NCBI GenBank assembly: GCA_965112735.1
Contig: OZ218961.1
Coordinates: 2,356,001-2,420,000 of the forward strand
Length of the DNA: 64,000 nt
Reading direction: 5' to 3'
Source: Phaeosaccion multiseriatum
Taxonomy: Eukaryota > Protista > Ochrophyta, other classes
Shown: positions 1-12,381 of the stretch, piece after piece
Position numbering within the stretch: position 1 is the stretch's first letter
How the letters are laid out: the number at the start of each line of letters is the position of its first letter
The notes under the pieces: generated by a model
Told to the model about the DNA's origin: nothing
Seen by the model: only the letters and a program-made list of their open reading frames with translations
Databases searched by the model: none
Position numbers and translations under genes: made by a program

Positions 1-126
1 AAAGAAACAACTCTTTACTGTAGGGCTTTTGGCGGTTGGCAGGGTTGCTTGCGTCAAGGCCCCTGACTTACGAGAACTGTGTGACTGGATCAATCGCAGA
101 CTGGCTTCAAGAGCCGGGCCGTCGTC

Positions 127-2826
127 ATGAAGGAGGAGCAGCGAGACGAGATGGATGTGTCGGATGCCATGATGGATGATGGCGTCGGCCTCAGCGACGT
201 GGAAGACGGGAGCCTGGTGGTGCGTATTCCCGTATTTCTCTGTACGACCTTCAACCTCGTCACCTCATCTTGTTGCACTTGCAACACACCCCGCGCTGCC
301 CGTCCCTTTCAGAATGAAGCTCTCATCTGCAGATTTCTGAGTACCTTCGGTGAAGGCTACGCCGAAATGGAGGAGAGTGTGCGGTCGGTGGACCGCCTGA
401 GCCTCGACACGGACGAGGAGGAAATGGAAGACGAAGGTGCAATCGTCGTATGGCTCTACACTTTTTCCCGCTTTATCTGCTCCTGAAGCCCCTTCCCCCC
501 CCCACCGTCCCTCTTCCCACCAACAGTGGAAGTCACCGTGGCGGAAAGGCTCCGCTTGCGTGCCGGCGAGACGCTGTTCGATTTATCTTGTACCCCCCCG
601 AACGCCGACGTCATGGTTCGGTATGGGCTGGCAGGAGTAGTGTCTTGCGTCCTTGATGAGACTCGGGGCGGAACGGCGGAGGGACGGGCCCCTGCACAGG
701 TAGGGGCACGTCATATGAGGACCGTTGTCCAATGTATCACGCAGCCTAGCGCCCGAACGTCGCTCGATGGACCTCGCGTCTCAGCATGCCCCGCTCTGCT
801 TTGTTTCACCTTGCTTTTTGCTTTTGCCTTTGCTTTGCTTGCTTTGCTTGCTTTGCCTTGCCCCTTGCCTTGCCCCTTGCCTTGCCCCTTGCCTTGCCCT
901 GGGGTGCTGCGGCAGGTGACATCCATGTCCGAGACGATGGCCCTACGGTTACAAGAGATCGCCCTCGGCACTGCCGCCAATTGCGCTTCCCACACCGACC
1001 TAGTTAGGAGACTGCTCGGGACTGAGGTGTATGTAGAGCCAGGGAATAGTAGTGGTGGAGGGCAGGGGCAGCAAGCGGCTGATACGACTACCACCACCAG
1101 CAGCAGCAGCAGCAGCAGCGGTGCGGCTCCACCGCCACCGGACCCTTCAGCAGAAGACTCTGCGGAGTACCACCCTTCCTTACCGCCACCTCACCCTGTT
1201 GCTGTGAGCACAGTAGCGCCAGCACCACCACCAGAGCCTCGGCCGATGGTGGTCGCGTACAGACAAGATGCCAACTTCGCTGCTCAGCTGCTCATCACTC
1301 TGCACACGTGCGAAGACCCGTGCTGTCTGCGTGAACTGCTCCGCCTCTTCTGTTCTGTGATTCAGTTCGCACCCCGTGAGACATGCGCTTTGTGTGAGGG
1401 CCTTCGCGCCCCGGACTCTCTGCGCCTGTTGGCCTTCATCCTTCAGAACTCGCTCAATGCTTCGCTACTGGCCAGAGCGTGTCAGTTTGCCTACCTTCTA
1501 ATGTTCTTCTATGGGAAGGAGGTCATAGTGCGTCTGCTGCGACCTCCGTCGATTTCGGAGCAAGGAGGAGGAGGGGGGGGAGGAGGAGAAGGAGAAGGAG
1601 GAGGAGTGGGAGGAGGAGGAGGAGGGGGGGGAGGAGGAGAAGGAGGAGAAGGAGGAGGAGTGGGAGGAGGAGGTGGAAGTGCGGCACTAGCGGCAGCAGC
1701 AGCAGCCGCCGCCGCAGCCGCAGCAGCAGGAGCAGGCGCAGCAGTTGGTGATTCGCCGGGTGCTTCATCTACCATGCCGCCTGCGGTGTCGCTCTCATCG
1801 ATCAATCAAGGCATTGATACCATACTGGTGAGGAGAGGCGGGGAAAGTTGCATGGATATCGTACAGGGGAAACAGTGGTACCACACCAACGAGGGAGGGA
1901 CAAGCGTTGAATAGAGGCATTGATGTAAGAAGAGTCTGCGTAGGAAGGCGACAGAGTATGTGTGCGTGTGTGTGTCTGTGTGTGTCTCTGTGTGTCTGTG
2001 TGTGTGTTGTGTGTGTATTGTGTGTGTGTGCGTGTGTGCATGTCTGCGTGTCTGTGTGTGTACGTGTGTATATGTGTGTCTGGTATGTGTGTATACGTGT
2101 GTGTACGTGTGTGTATGTCTGCGTGTCTGTGTATATGTGTGTGTGCATGTGTCTGTTTGTGGTATGTGTGTGTGTACGTGTGTGTGTGTGGTATGTGTGT
2201 ACGTGTGTGTGTGGGGTATGTGTGTACGTGTCTGTGTGGGGTATGTGTGTACGTGTGTGTGTATGTCTGTGTGTATATGTGTGTGTGTGGTATGTGTGTA
2301 CGTGTGTGTGTATGTGTGCTCATGACATGGAGAGAGTCGCTCGCCCTTACTGCGCAAGCTCACGCCTTTATTGCTCAAGGTAACGCCCCCCTCATAACGG
2401 ACTTCAATGACCTCTTTCTTCCTACCTACCTCTCCCCCATCTCTCCTCAATGACCTCTTTCTTCCTACCTACCTCTCCCCCATCTCTCCTTTGTTTGTCT
2501 TTTCCATTTGTAACGCCCTTCCCCCCCCTTTGTTCTCTTCCCTGTCTCCTTTGAATCGCTCTTTGTTCGCCCCCCTCTCTCGCCCTTCTCATGCGCATGA
2601 AGGTGGACGTGTTGTCTGAGCGAAAGGAAGACCTTTCATACGAGCAGCTCGGGGCGGAGAGCGGTCTGGACTACCTCTTGAGGTGCTTCGAAGTTATCGA
2701 GTGTTATGCAGCAGACGAGGAAGAGGAGGAGGACGAGGACGAGAAAGATGGCGAGAAGAGGGCGGCACCAGCACCAGCACTAGCAGGACCTCAAGGTGAG
2801 AACGAGAGAATGTGTGTGTGAGGGAG

Positions 2827-2896
<70 letters not shown>

Positions 2897-4528
2897 ACAT
2901 GTACATAGAAAGAGAGAAGAGACAGAGAGCGACATATTGGCGCTACACTTGGTGGCGATCCTTCTTGCGCGGCCGCCTTTTGTTGCGTGCATGTGCTTGC
3001 GCGCATGTGCTCTATTCGAACTGTCGCGCACAACGACCAATACTTAATTGCTTACGTAACCCTCTCTCCCTCTGCCTCTCCATCTCTCTGTCTCTTGTTG
3101 ACTGCTTATCCATCCTGTGGGGGTTGCTGTCTCATACGGCCGCGGCGGACAGCAGAAAATGCGGCTCCTCCTCCTCATCCTCCTCCTCCCCCTCCCATCC
3201 TTGCGAATGGTGCAACTCACCCGAATGGAGTCGATGCCACTACCACCGCCACTACCACCGCCACTACCACCGCCACTACCACTGCCACTACCACCGCCAC
3301 TACCACCGCCACTACCGCTCGTCTCACCCGCCTCAGGATGTGCCGCGAGCTCGCGCTACTGCTGGACCCCTTCGGCTTGCCCCCACGAACTCAGCGAGCC
3401 GCTCTCATATCCCTGGGGACATGCCTCAGAGAGCCTGAGGACATTGACCACGCCTTGGCCGTTGAGGTAAGGAGGTGAAGCAAATGCGGCAGTCATGGCC
3501 GTACGGGTATGGGGGTAGAGGTCATGCAACCACAGAGGCTTCGTTAAGACTATCGTAGAGGGCGTGGTGAGAGCGGAGGAGGGGTGTACATAGGGTATGA
3601 CTTGCTTCGTTCCCGACCATGTTCAACATGGTATAGGGTATGACTGACTCCCGTCCTCTGATACCCTGGCGTGACAGTGGGTAGTCATCACAAACGTTGT
3701 GGTTCCCCCTCACTTTCCTCTCTTCTCGTATCTCTCTCTCTCTCTTCTCTCTCTCTCGCTCTCTCTCGCTCTCTCTCTCTCCTCTCTCCCCATCTCCCTC
3801 TCTCCCTCTCTCATTCTTCTCTCTGTCTCCCTCTCTCTCCCTCTCTCCTTCTCCACCCCCTCTCCCTCTCTCCCTCTGTACTCTCTCTCTCTCTACCCCC
3901 CTCTCTCCTTTCCACTAATACCTGCCCTCTTCCTTCCTTTCCCCCTCCTTTTCCCCCGGCGGTAGGGACGGCAACAAAAGCCGGACAATCAGACCGAGAG
4001 GGACGATGTAAGCAACCATGACCACCCAGACTCAGAGCCCTTCTCCACACGGCAGGCACGCCGGCGGTCGAGCTTCTTTGAGGGGGTGTTCAGTCTCCTT
4101 CCCTTCCAGCGGGAAGACCAGGCGCTGGAGGAGGAGGCGTCCACCCTGCAGGCCGTGGTGACGGTGGTCGAGTTGGCGGGGAGGGGCAAGTCCCTCGCCA
4201 TCAAGGAGGTGGGTTGGTGATACAGCAGGGCACAGTGCAGAGCAGTTAGTGCTACAGGCCAAGTTTGTGTAGGGCAGGGCAGGGTAGGGTAGGGTAGGGC
4301 AGCAGTAGTTTGTATTTTGCTTGGAGACAAGACACAGGGAGCATTCGTACTGAAACTGAAACCATTTAACCTGCCTTCATGTGATGTGATTCATTTGGCT
4401 TTCAGCAGTTATCAACAAGATCGATATCGAAGCTTCTGTGCTTGCTTGAGGTCAATGATCCAAAACTCGAATTCTCCCCCCGGTATCCCCTCTCCCCCCC
4501 TATCTCTCCCCGTCACCTAAGAAACTGA

Positions 4529-4572
<44 letters not shown>

Positions 4573-4829
4573 CACCACAGGCCCTCGCCACGGCCTTGTC
4601 TGCCTCCACAGGGGGGGTCCAATTCGCCGTAGAGCACTGTAGGGGATTGCAGAGAGACGTGGAGGGGCGGGGGGGTGGGGTTGAAGACTTGCTACCCCTC
4701 CTCCGTCGGTTGGTAAAGGCCCTTGAAACCGTCGCCAGGGAGTCAGCGCAACACGAGGACAGCAACGCCGCCACCAGCCTCGCTATTCTACAGCAGTGCG
4801 AGGCCTCACTGCTGCAGGCTCCTGCCTAA
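127..4829 (+). CDS. Multi-exon hypothetical protein (probably helical/ARM-like); exon boundaries approximate
   Basis: Coding-like segments (e.g. 313-436, 916-1827, 2604-2795, ~3110-3466, 3966-4208, 4581-4829) are bounded by GT/AG and separated by (GT)n/(GA)n/(CT)n introns. No recognisable family motif. May extend to a further exon at ~5063-5136. Confidence 0.5.
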
Positions 4830-5206
4830 AGTCGCACTGGTGTAAGGAGGTAGTTGGGTACGTTGTTGTTTTGTTCGCTTCATTTCGCTTACCCACCGAT
4901 TATGGACGCACAGTTTTTTTTTGAAGGGCTGGGGAGAGTACGTACACGCTCTTCTTCGCTACTGCTGTCCGTCCACACACACCAACGACTAACCTTTATT
5001 ATAATTATATATACAGTTTTTTTTTTTGTGTATTTACATATTTACAAAATATCAAAGAGACAGTGTGGCTCCTCTAATTCACATCATCCTCCTCCGGCTG
5101 TGGCAGAGGTACGTGAGCACCGACCGGGTGAAGAAGGTTAGCAGACAGCGTAAGTCTCTCCTCTGGTCTCTCCCCACACCCCCCCCTTCCTCCTCGCCCA
5201 CCCCTT

Positions 5207-6966
5207 TCAAGACAGGCCCACCAGCCTCTCCCCCCCGTCGTCGTCGTCGTCGTCGCCGCTGTGTAAGTTGAAGTAATACTTCTGTTGGAAGGTTGAGTTG
5301 GGCTCGAGACCGCTGTCCACCGGAGCGTACTGATACACAAGTGCCGCATGTTCCTCTTCCCACGAGGAAAACGCCCTTGCCCCCGCTGCCGAGCAGCTGT
5401 CACCCCCCCTCTCCTTCCTCCTGTCGCTTCGTCTGCTCTTCCAGCTGCCAGCCTCGCCACCTCTGCTTTCATCACCGCTGCTGCTACTACCGCTGCTACT
5501 GCCCGCCTTTCTCGTCAAGTCAACAAAGAAGTCCGCCAAGTATCGCGACACATCACGGGCAGCGGGGGTATGCACAATGCCACTGCCCGCCTCCCTCCAC
5601 TCAAACACAGGCTTCTCCGGGTGAAACTGCACCGCGAACACAGGAAGGTTGATCCCCTCCACTATCGACACAAACTCCAACCCCTCTCGATCGAAACTCG
5701 TGGCCAGCAGCCGGAAGGTGTCCGTCAAGCCAGCGTCAGCGTGAAACTGTTCCAAGGAGAAGCCAAAGTGATGGGCGTGGTAGGCCAATGCCTGAGTGGC
5801 GAGCAAGTGCATCGACCGATCTGCGCCGAAATTGTCGGAGTTGAACATTACGCTCTTCACCACTCCTCCTGTTGCCGCTGAATCACCACCTGCTCCTCCT
5901 CCAGCGGCGGCTGCTGCTGATGCTGACGCTAATGCTGGTGCCTCCGCTCCTCGGCTGTCGCCGTCACCCTCCAGTTCCCCCCCTTTCCCACTGCCACTGC
6001 CACTGCCACTGCCACTGACTCTGCCATTCCAATGAGTGACATCATGAGCATCACCGGGGTCTTCCTTGACGAAGTTTGTCACGAGCGAGATTTCGTCCGC
6101 GTCCATGTCCGATCGAACCGCGTCGTCTGCAAATACCGTGAGAATAACCTCGAACCCCAGACAAATGCCCATGACAGGGAAGTAGTCATCGTCTAGCGAG
6201 TTGACTCTCACCGCGTAGTCCAAAATGGTCTGCGCGTTGTGGTGGTGGTAGTTTGAGGTTGTGGTGAGGGGATGAGGTGGGTTGTAGGTTCCAGTCAGAG
6301 TCAAAGCGGCGAGAGAGAGAGAGACATAAAGGGCAGATGGGAGGGGCATACGTCTTGACTGCACTTTTTCTTAAAGCCCTTTACTTTCCTCCCGCCCTTC
6401 TGTCTCCTCTATTTCCCCACAGCGAGCGCTCCTTCGGGCTATTTTCGAGCCACCCCCACTCGGAAACTCGTCCCGTCCGTCCTCCCTTCCCCCCTTGCTG
6501 ATTTCCCCTTACCCTCACCCACCTTGGCTGTTCGGTAGTAGACATGGTGCTCGTCAAAGTAAACAGAGCCGCCTGTGAAGAGCACGCCCTGTACCTTGCT
6601 CAGCAGCTCCTCCACCTCTGCGGGAGACAATGAGTAGTCCAGCGGGGCCACGCGCCCCCCTGCTGCCTCTACCCACTTGACATAGGACGCTGCCATGTAC
6701 GATGCTCCGTCCTCGGGGGCGCTCTTGTCCCTGGGAATTGTCAAAATGGCGATAATCGGTCGATCGTTGCGAGGACACCCATCGTCATGATCATGCGTCC
6801 CGCTGCTGCTGCCCCTGCTTCTTGCTTTCCCACCGCCATACCCGCTTCCTCGCTCGTGGCTGCTGGCGGCGTCATTACTGCGTGCGATGTCGAGAGACCC
6901 AGCGCATGCGGCTACGAGCACAGAGAAAAGAAGGGGGAGAAGCGACGCCCCCTTCGCCCACCACAT
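5207..6966 (-). CDS. GGH: Gamma-glutamyl hydrolase (peptidase C26) with signal peptide; 2 exons (6966-6523, 6229-5207)
   Basis: Motifs NDRPIIAILT, YMAASYVKWVEAAGGRV, GVLFTGG, FPVMGICLGFE (catalytic Cys) and AVQFHPEK (catalytic His); hydrophobic N-terminus; phase-0 GT-AG intron. Confidence 0.93.
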
Positions 6967-7263
6967 TGGAGACTTAAAAACACCTATATCTGTAGAGCTT
7001 GAGAAGCGGCACCTCAGCAGAGGGAGAGGGTCTGTTGAGAGCGAACTCCAGAGGTCCAAGCGGGAAGTGGATGACTATAATGGCCCGTCGGGGCAAGCAC
7101 GGAGGTACATATACATATTACCCCCTTGGGGCAAGTTGTCATGTCAATTGTCAGTTGTCAGTTGTCAGCTCGCACTATTCACAGATGACGTTCTACCACC
7201 AACTGCTATCTCGACGTTTCACGACTGAGAAAGGAGGAGGATAAATGAGGGCATGAGGACGCT
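6967..7263. promoter_or_regulatory. Putative bidirectional promoter between GGH and the IQ/WW gene
   Basis: Divergent ATGs at 6966 (-) and 7264 (+), about 300 bp apart. Confidence 0.45.
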
Positions 7264-9590
7264 ATGGTGAGCATGGTGCCCTACCCACGCACAGGGAATA
7301 AGCCTACAATAGCTATAGATGGAAGGGCTGCCCGAAAACACAAACTCGAAGGATGGAAGCGGCCGCCGAGGAGGAAAAGGCGACAGCCTGGAGGAGGGTG
7401 GGAGAGAGACAGGGACAGCCGGATCCTGAAGAATGGGCCTCTTGATCTGCAGGCGGCACTACGTCAAACCTGGCACAACCCAGAGTATCTGCAGGAGCAG
7501 CAGCGGCAGCGCAGGAGAATCACACTGCCGGCAGGAGTCTTGCAGCTTCCTCCGATTGCGAGCGTCGGTGAGGTTGATGCTCAAGACCCTCCTCAGCGAG
7601 AGAGCATAGCGCCGGACCCAGTTGATTCGACTGAGAAGGGAGGAGAGAGCCTGTGCAGGAGCTCGGCTCCCATCGAATCGACGTCCAAGCCACGCCACCA
7701 GCAGCTGCAGCACGGGTGGGACGAGTGGGAGGCCCTGCAAAGCAGGGTAGACGACTTTGACATTTCAGTCTACATGAAGCCATCGAAGGTGGAACAGCTC
7801 ACACGGGACGATGATGCGCTCCTCGAGAACCCACTCGCCACAGCTCGAGCTTTACGGCACGCGCCAAACCAGCCCAACCAGAAGCAGGACCAGCAAGAGC
7901 AGCAGTTGGTGGTACGCGAGCAGCAGCAGCAGCAGCAGCAGCAGCCGCAACGGCAGCAAAAGCAGGGTTGGGACACTGCCGCTCATCATCTTGACCACTT
8001 CGCGGAGCTGGAGCGTCGGTTTAGGAGGGGTCTGCAGCGACAACAGCTGGACCTTCGTCTGCCTGGGCCGATCGGCAGGATGGCCTTCGACGATGCTTGC
8101 AACGCCGACATTCACGGCAGTCAGGCCCTGATACGGCAGCTCCACAAGCAGCTGGTGAGTAAGGGTGTTTCTTGAGTCGGCGGGAATAGGGTCGTGACTG
8201 CTTTTGGAGTGAAGTCGAGACAAAGAGGAGGTGTCGCAGGGGAGGGGTGCGTTGCCCAAACGAAGGTACTTTACTTACTTCCATAGTGTTACTCTACCTC
8301 GTGGGCTCCCTCTTTCCGTAGGTACGAGGGCGGCGCCTCCTGTCAAAAGCCACCGCCAAATACAAGCTGAGGACAGACATCGAGGCGAAAGCCACCCACG
8401 GAGGCGTCGTGGGTCAAGTCCACCCCTTGCTGCCTGGTGGGAGAAGGAGAGGGAGGAGAAGGAGATGGCGTCACCCACTATCAGAGGCAGAAGCAGCGGC
8501 AGAGAAGGTAAAGGCGGCCGCCGCGGCTCTCCACCCCCTTCTCGTGGTGGGTGCTAGAAAGTTTGAGGAAATTAATCGGGTGGAGATGTCCCTCGAGGAA
8601 GCCTCCACTCGCCACCTGCACCGCCTGGAAAAGCGGCAGAGGGAGCGGGCAGACTACATTGTCTACTCGGGCATTGTACGGCGCTACGGACCCCTAAGTG
8701 AGATAGACTATCGTATGGCCGACCTCCTGCCCGGAGAGAGTTACACACAGCTCATCCACAGCGCTGCCACAGTGCTTCAGTTGTGGTGGTGGGGGCAGTG
8801 GCCGGAGCGGAGGACGAAGCGGCAAGAGGCATGCCTTCGCATCCAGACCAAGTGGCGCGGGCACTTCGAGCGGAAGCGATGGAAGCTTATCATTCGTATC
8901 CGCTCCAACTTTACAAGTGTGCGGCTGGTGACACACAACTTTGTACGGTGGAAGCACAACGTGGCGCTGTTGGGGAGACACAAACGACTACTCCTGCGCC
9001 TCAAAAACCGACTGCTCTTTACGTACGTAATAGTATGTAACGCTACGTAAGCGTTACATTCGTGCGCGCGTAGGATTGGGTTGGTGGTGGGTAGGCGGGT
9101 AGGCGGGTAGGCAGACAGACATTGAGTACAGTCCTGGAGAGCGGGCTGCGGGGCTTGAATAAGGCCTTCGAACATGGGGCCTCTGCTGACGAAGGCCTCT
9201 CCCCACCTACCCCCCTTCTTGAGATTCATTCATCTCACATGCCCCTGCACCCCCCCTTCTCTCTCTCTCTCTCTCTCTCTGTGTGTATGTCTCTCTTCCA
9301 CTTCCTGTCCTCTGTGTTTATCTGTATATCGCGTCGCTGGTTCCCCCTGCTTCCTTCAACAGAGTCCTGAGCAGTTGGCGCTCCTTCGCCCACAGCAGCG
9401 TCGCCAAGCGGAAGGAATCCGCTGCCGAACATTTCCGCCGCCTCATGTTGGGGGTCCGTCTGAAGTGCTTCCAGGCCTGGGCGGTGTATGCCGAGAGGTC
9501 CATCCTCGTCAAGGCCAAGTATCGCAGGGCTTGTCAAGCACCGCTCTTTGCAAGATGGCGGGCGGCGGCCAGTCAAGCCGTGGCACAAAG

Positions 9591-9647
<57 letters not shown>

Positions 9648-9892
9648 TCTGTGTGTGTGTGTGTCTGTGTGTGTGTGTGTATGTGTGTGGGAGGGAGGGA
9701 GGGTGCATGGATGTGAGGATGTGGGCGCGTGTGTGGGGGGGTGGAGGTGTGTGGGGGTGGGCGTTGCGTGTGCGTGTGCGTGCGCCCGCTTGCATATGCG
9801 AATGGAGTGTTTGCCGGACACCATGACACAAGCCTCTGGCGTGCGTGGCCTAAACCAGCATTGGCTCAGTGCGCCGCCTCCACCTCTCACGT

Positions 9893-9957
<65 letters not shown>

Positions 9958-12347
9958 AGCTGCGTGCCCGCTGCCGTTCGAGCCTACTGCAACTTGACCT
10001 TCCTCCCTCCTTCACGTCGGTACACACGGCTCTCTGCTCTGCTCCCCCCCCCCCCCCCTCCCAGCATCACCATCACGGTGTAACCGACTGCACTTCGCCT
10101 CTCGCCTAACCCAACCCCTTCACCTGACTCTCTTGTCCACGTTGCCGCCCTTTCACCCTGCCCTAGTCTCATTCTTCTCGCGCTTCTGCCGTGCCCTCTT
10201 GTGGTCTACCATGCCTTCTGTCGTCCCCTTCTCATTCCCTCTCTGCCCTGCCTTCTTCCGTCTCTGCCCTGCCTTCTTCCGTGGTCTCTCAGCGATGGTC
10301 TGGGCTGTTGCCAAGCTCGTCGCCCGCCGCCGGAGATTTGCGCAGCAGAGGAAGTACCGCCGAATGCACAGGGCATGCCGGGTGCGTGTGTGCGTGTGTG
10401 CGTGTATGCTTGTGTGGGTGTGTGCGTGTGTGCGTGGGTGCGTGTGTCTCGGATGAAGTAAAAGCTCCAACGAAGAGGCACAGTGAGGAGCAATTGAATT
10501 GAATGGCGTAAACGTGCCACACCGCCCACTCCCCTTACTCTCCACTCTCCACTCTCCACCCCACTCCCTACACCCCCTACTTTTGATGCATGCTCTCCTC
10601 CTCTGACCTGGCGCTTCTTCCTCCCTCTCACTGCCTGTCTGTCTGTGTGCCTGCCTGCTTGTCTGTCTGTCTGCCTGCCTGCCTGCCTGCCTGTCTGCGT
10701 GCCTGCCTTCATGCCTGCTTGTCTGCCTGCCTGCCTTAGGTCTTGCGAAAGATGGTGAAGGGGTGGAAGGGCCGTCAAAGGGCACGAGAGCTCAAGGAGA
10801 ACAGACTGTGTCAAGCCGTGGAGGAGGAGCTGGAGGCGGAGCACGACAAGAGTCTACAGGCCAAAGTAAGGGAGGGAAGGAAGGAGGGAGGGAGGGAAGG
10901 AGGGAGGGAGGGAGATGGGGAGGGAGGGAGGGAGGGAGGGAGGGAGGGAGGGAGGGAGGGAGGAAGGGGTCACTTGCCTTTGTACCCTCCTGTCTCCAAC
11001 ACCTTCTCTGAAGCAGACGAAAGGGGAACTGGCGTTCATAGCTGGGCAGTTCTAGCCACCTCCTCCCATTCATGACACATCGTGACTTGCGGGCAACTTG
11101 AAACTAAAGCAGAGCTCTGCTTGCTACCTACCCTGTAACTGCCGTCTGTCTCACCGCCTGTTCCCTCTCTTCTTTTCCTCTTTCTCCTTCTGCTTTGAAT
11201 CATCACACCCAACATCACCCACCAAGGCGCTCCGGGAGACTCGGCGCCGACAGCAGTTACAGAATCTATTGGATGAGCATCTGCAGGGGGCGAGGGCAGA
11301 GGCCGAAGCCTACCTCCTCAGCAGGGAGGGAAGGGAGGCCATTAAGCAAGGATGCAGGGCAGCGGCAGAAGCAGAGGCAGCAGCCGCGGCGAGAGGAGGA
11401 GGGGGGAGAGGGAGGAAGGGCGGCCCCCTGGGCGGTTTGGCTTCCACCTTCTCTCACTTCTCTACTTTCGGAGGACATGGTCACAGATACGGAGGAGGCT
11501 ACAACGGGAGGGTTGCGGAGTCCGGTTCAGCACCACCTCAGAAAGACGCGGTAAATGACGTCATAGAAGAGCTCGACGCAGAGCTCCTGCGGGCAGAGGA
11601 GGCAGGGGAGGAGGAGAAGAGGCAAGGGGCCGGAGAGGAGGGAGGTGGCAGCGGTGGGGGAGAGGGGGGAGGGGCGTGACGACGCTTGCCGTGGGTGCGA
11701 CTGGTGGTCTTCGTATCAAAGGGCGAGAGTATCTCATGGCAGGAACGAAGAACAAGAAGAACAAGAAGAAGAAGAAGAAGAGCACGTCGCTGTTCTCCAC
11801 CGGAGCGCAGAGGATCCGACGACGGTTCCAGCAGCCAGGACGGAAGCAACAGCAGCGCCAGCAGCAGCAGCGGCAGCAGCAGCAGCAGCAGCAGCAGGGC
11901 AAGGCGCAAACGCTTATGATGGTACCATCCTCCTCCATGATGGCATTGCCTGGATCCGGGGCGATAGAGTTCAGCACCGCTCCGCCTCTCTCCCACCACA
12001 CAAGCAGCCTGAGCACCAACACCAATAGCAGCAGCATGAGCAGTAGCAGTAGTAGTCATGGCAACAAGAGAAAGGATGCCGTGCGTGAGTGGCTCATACA
12101 TCAGCGAATCATGCCCTCCCGTCTTGTGGTGCAGCACGACTTTGAGGCGAAGAACCCGCCCGCCTTCTACTGCCCTCGGTACGGGTGTCAGGCCACCTTT
12201 ACAGAGGCACGCATCTATCGCAGACATGCAGGGGCCGGGGCGGCGGTGGCAGCGGAAGAAGCAGCGGTGGTTGCAGCGGCAGGGGAAGGGGCCGCGGCAG
12301 ATCGAGCGGCAGCGGTGGTCCTTGCGAGCCGGGGAGGAGGAGGAGGA

Positions 12348-12381
<34 letters not shown>

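Noticed and set aside
24-130. Possible terminal exon of an upstream gene (LLAVGRVACVKAPDLRELCDWINRRLASRAGPSS*) overlapping the ATG at 127
   Set aside because: Too short and at the window edge; the frame cannot be established.
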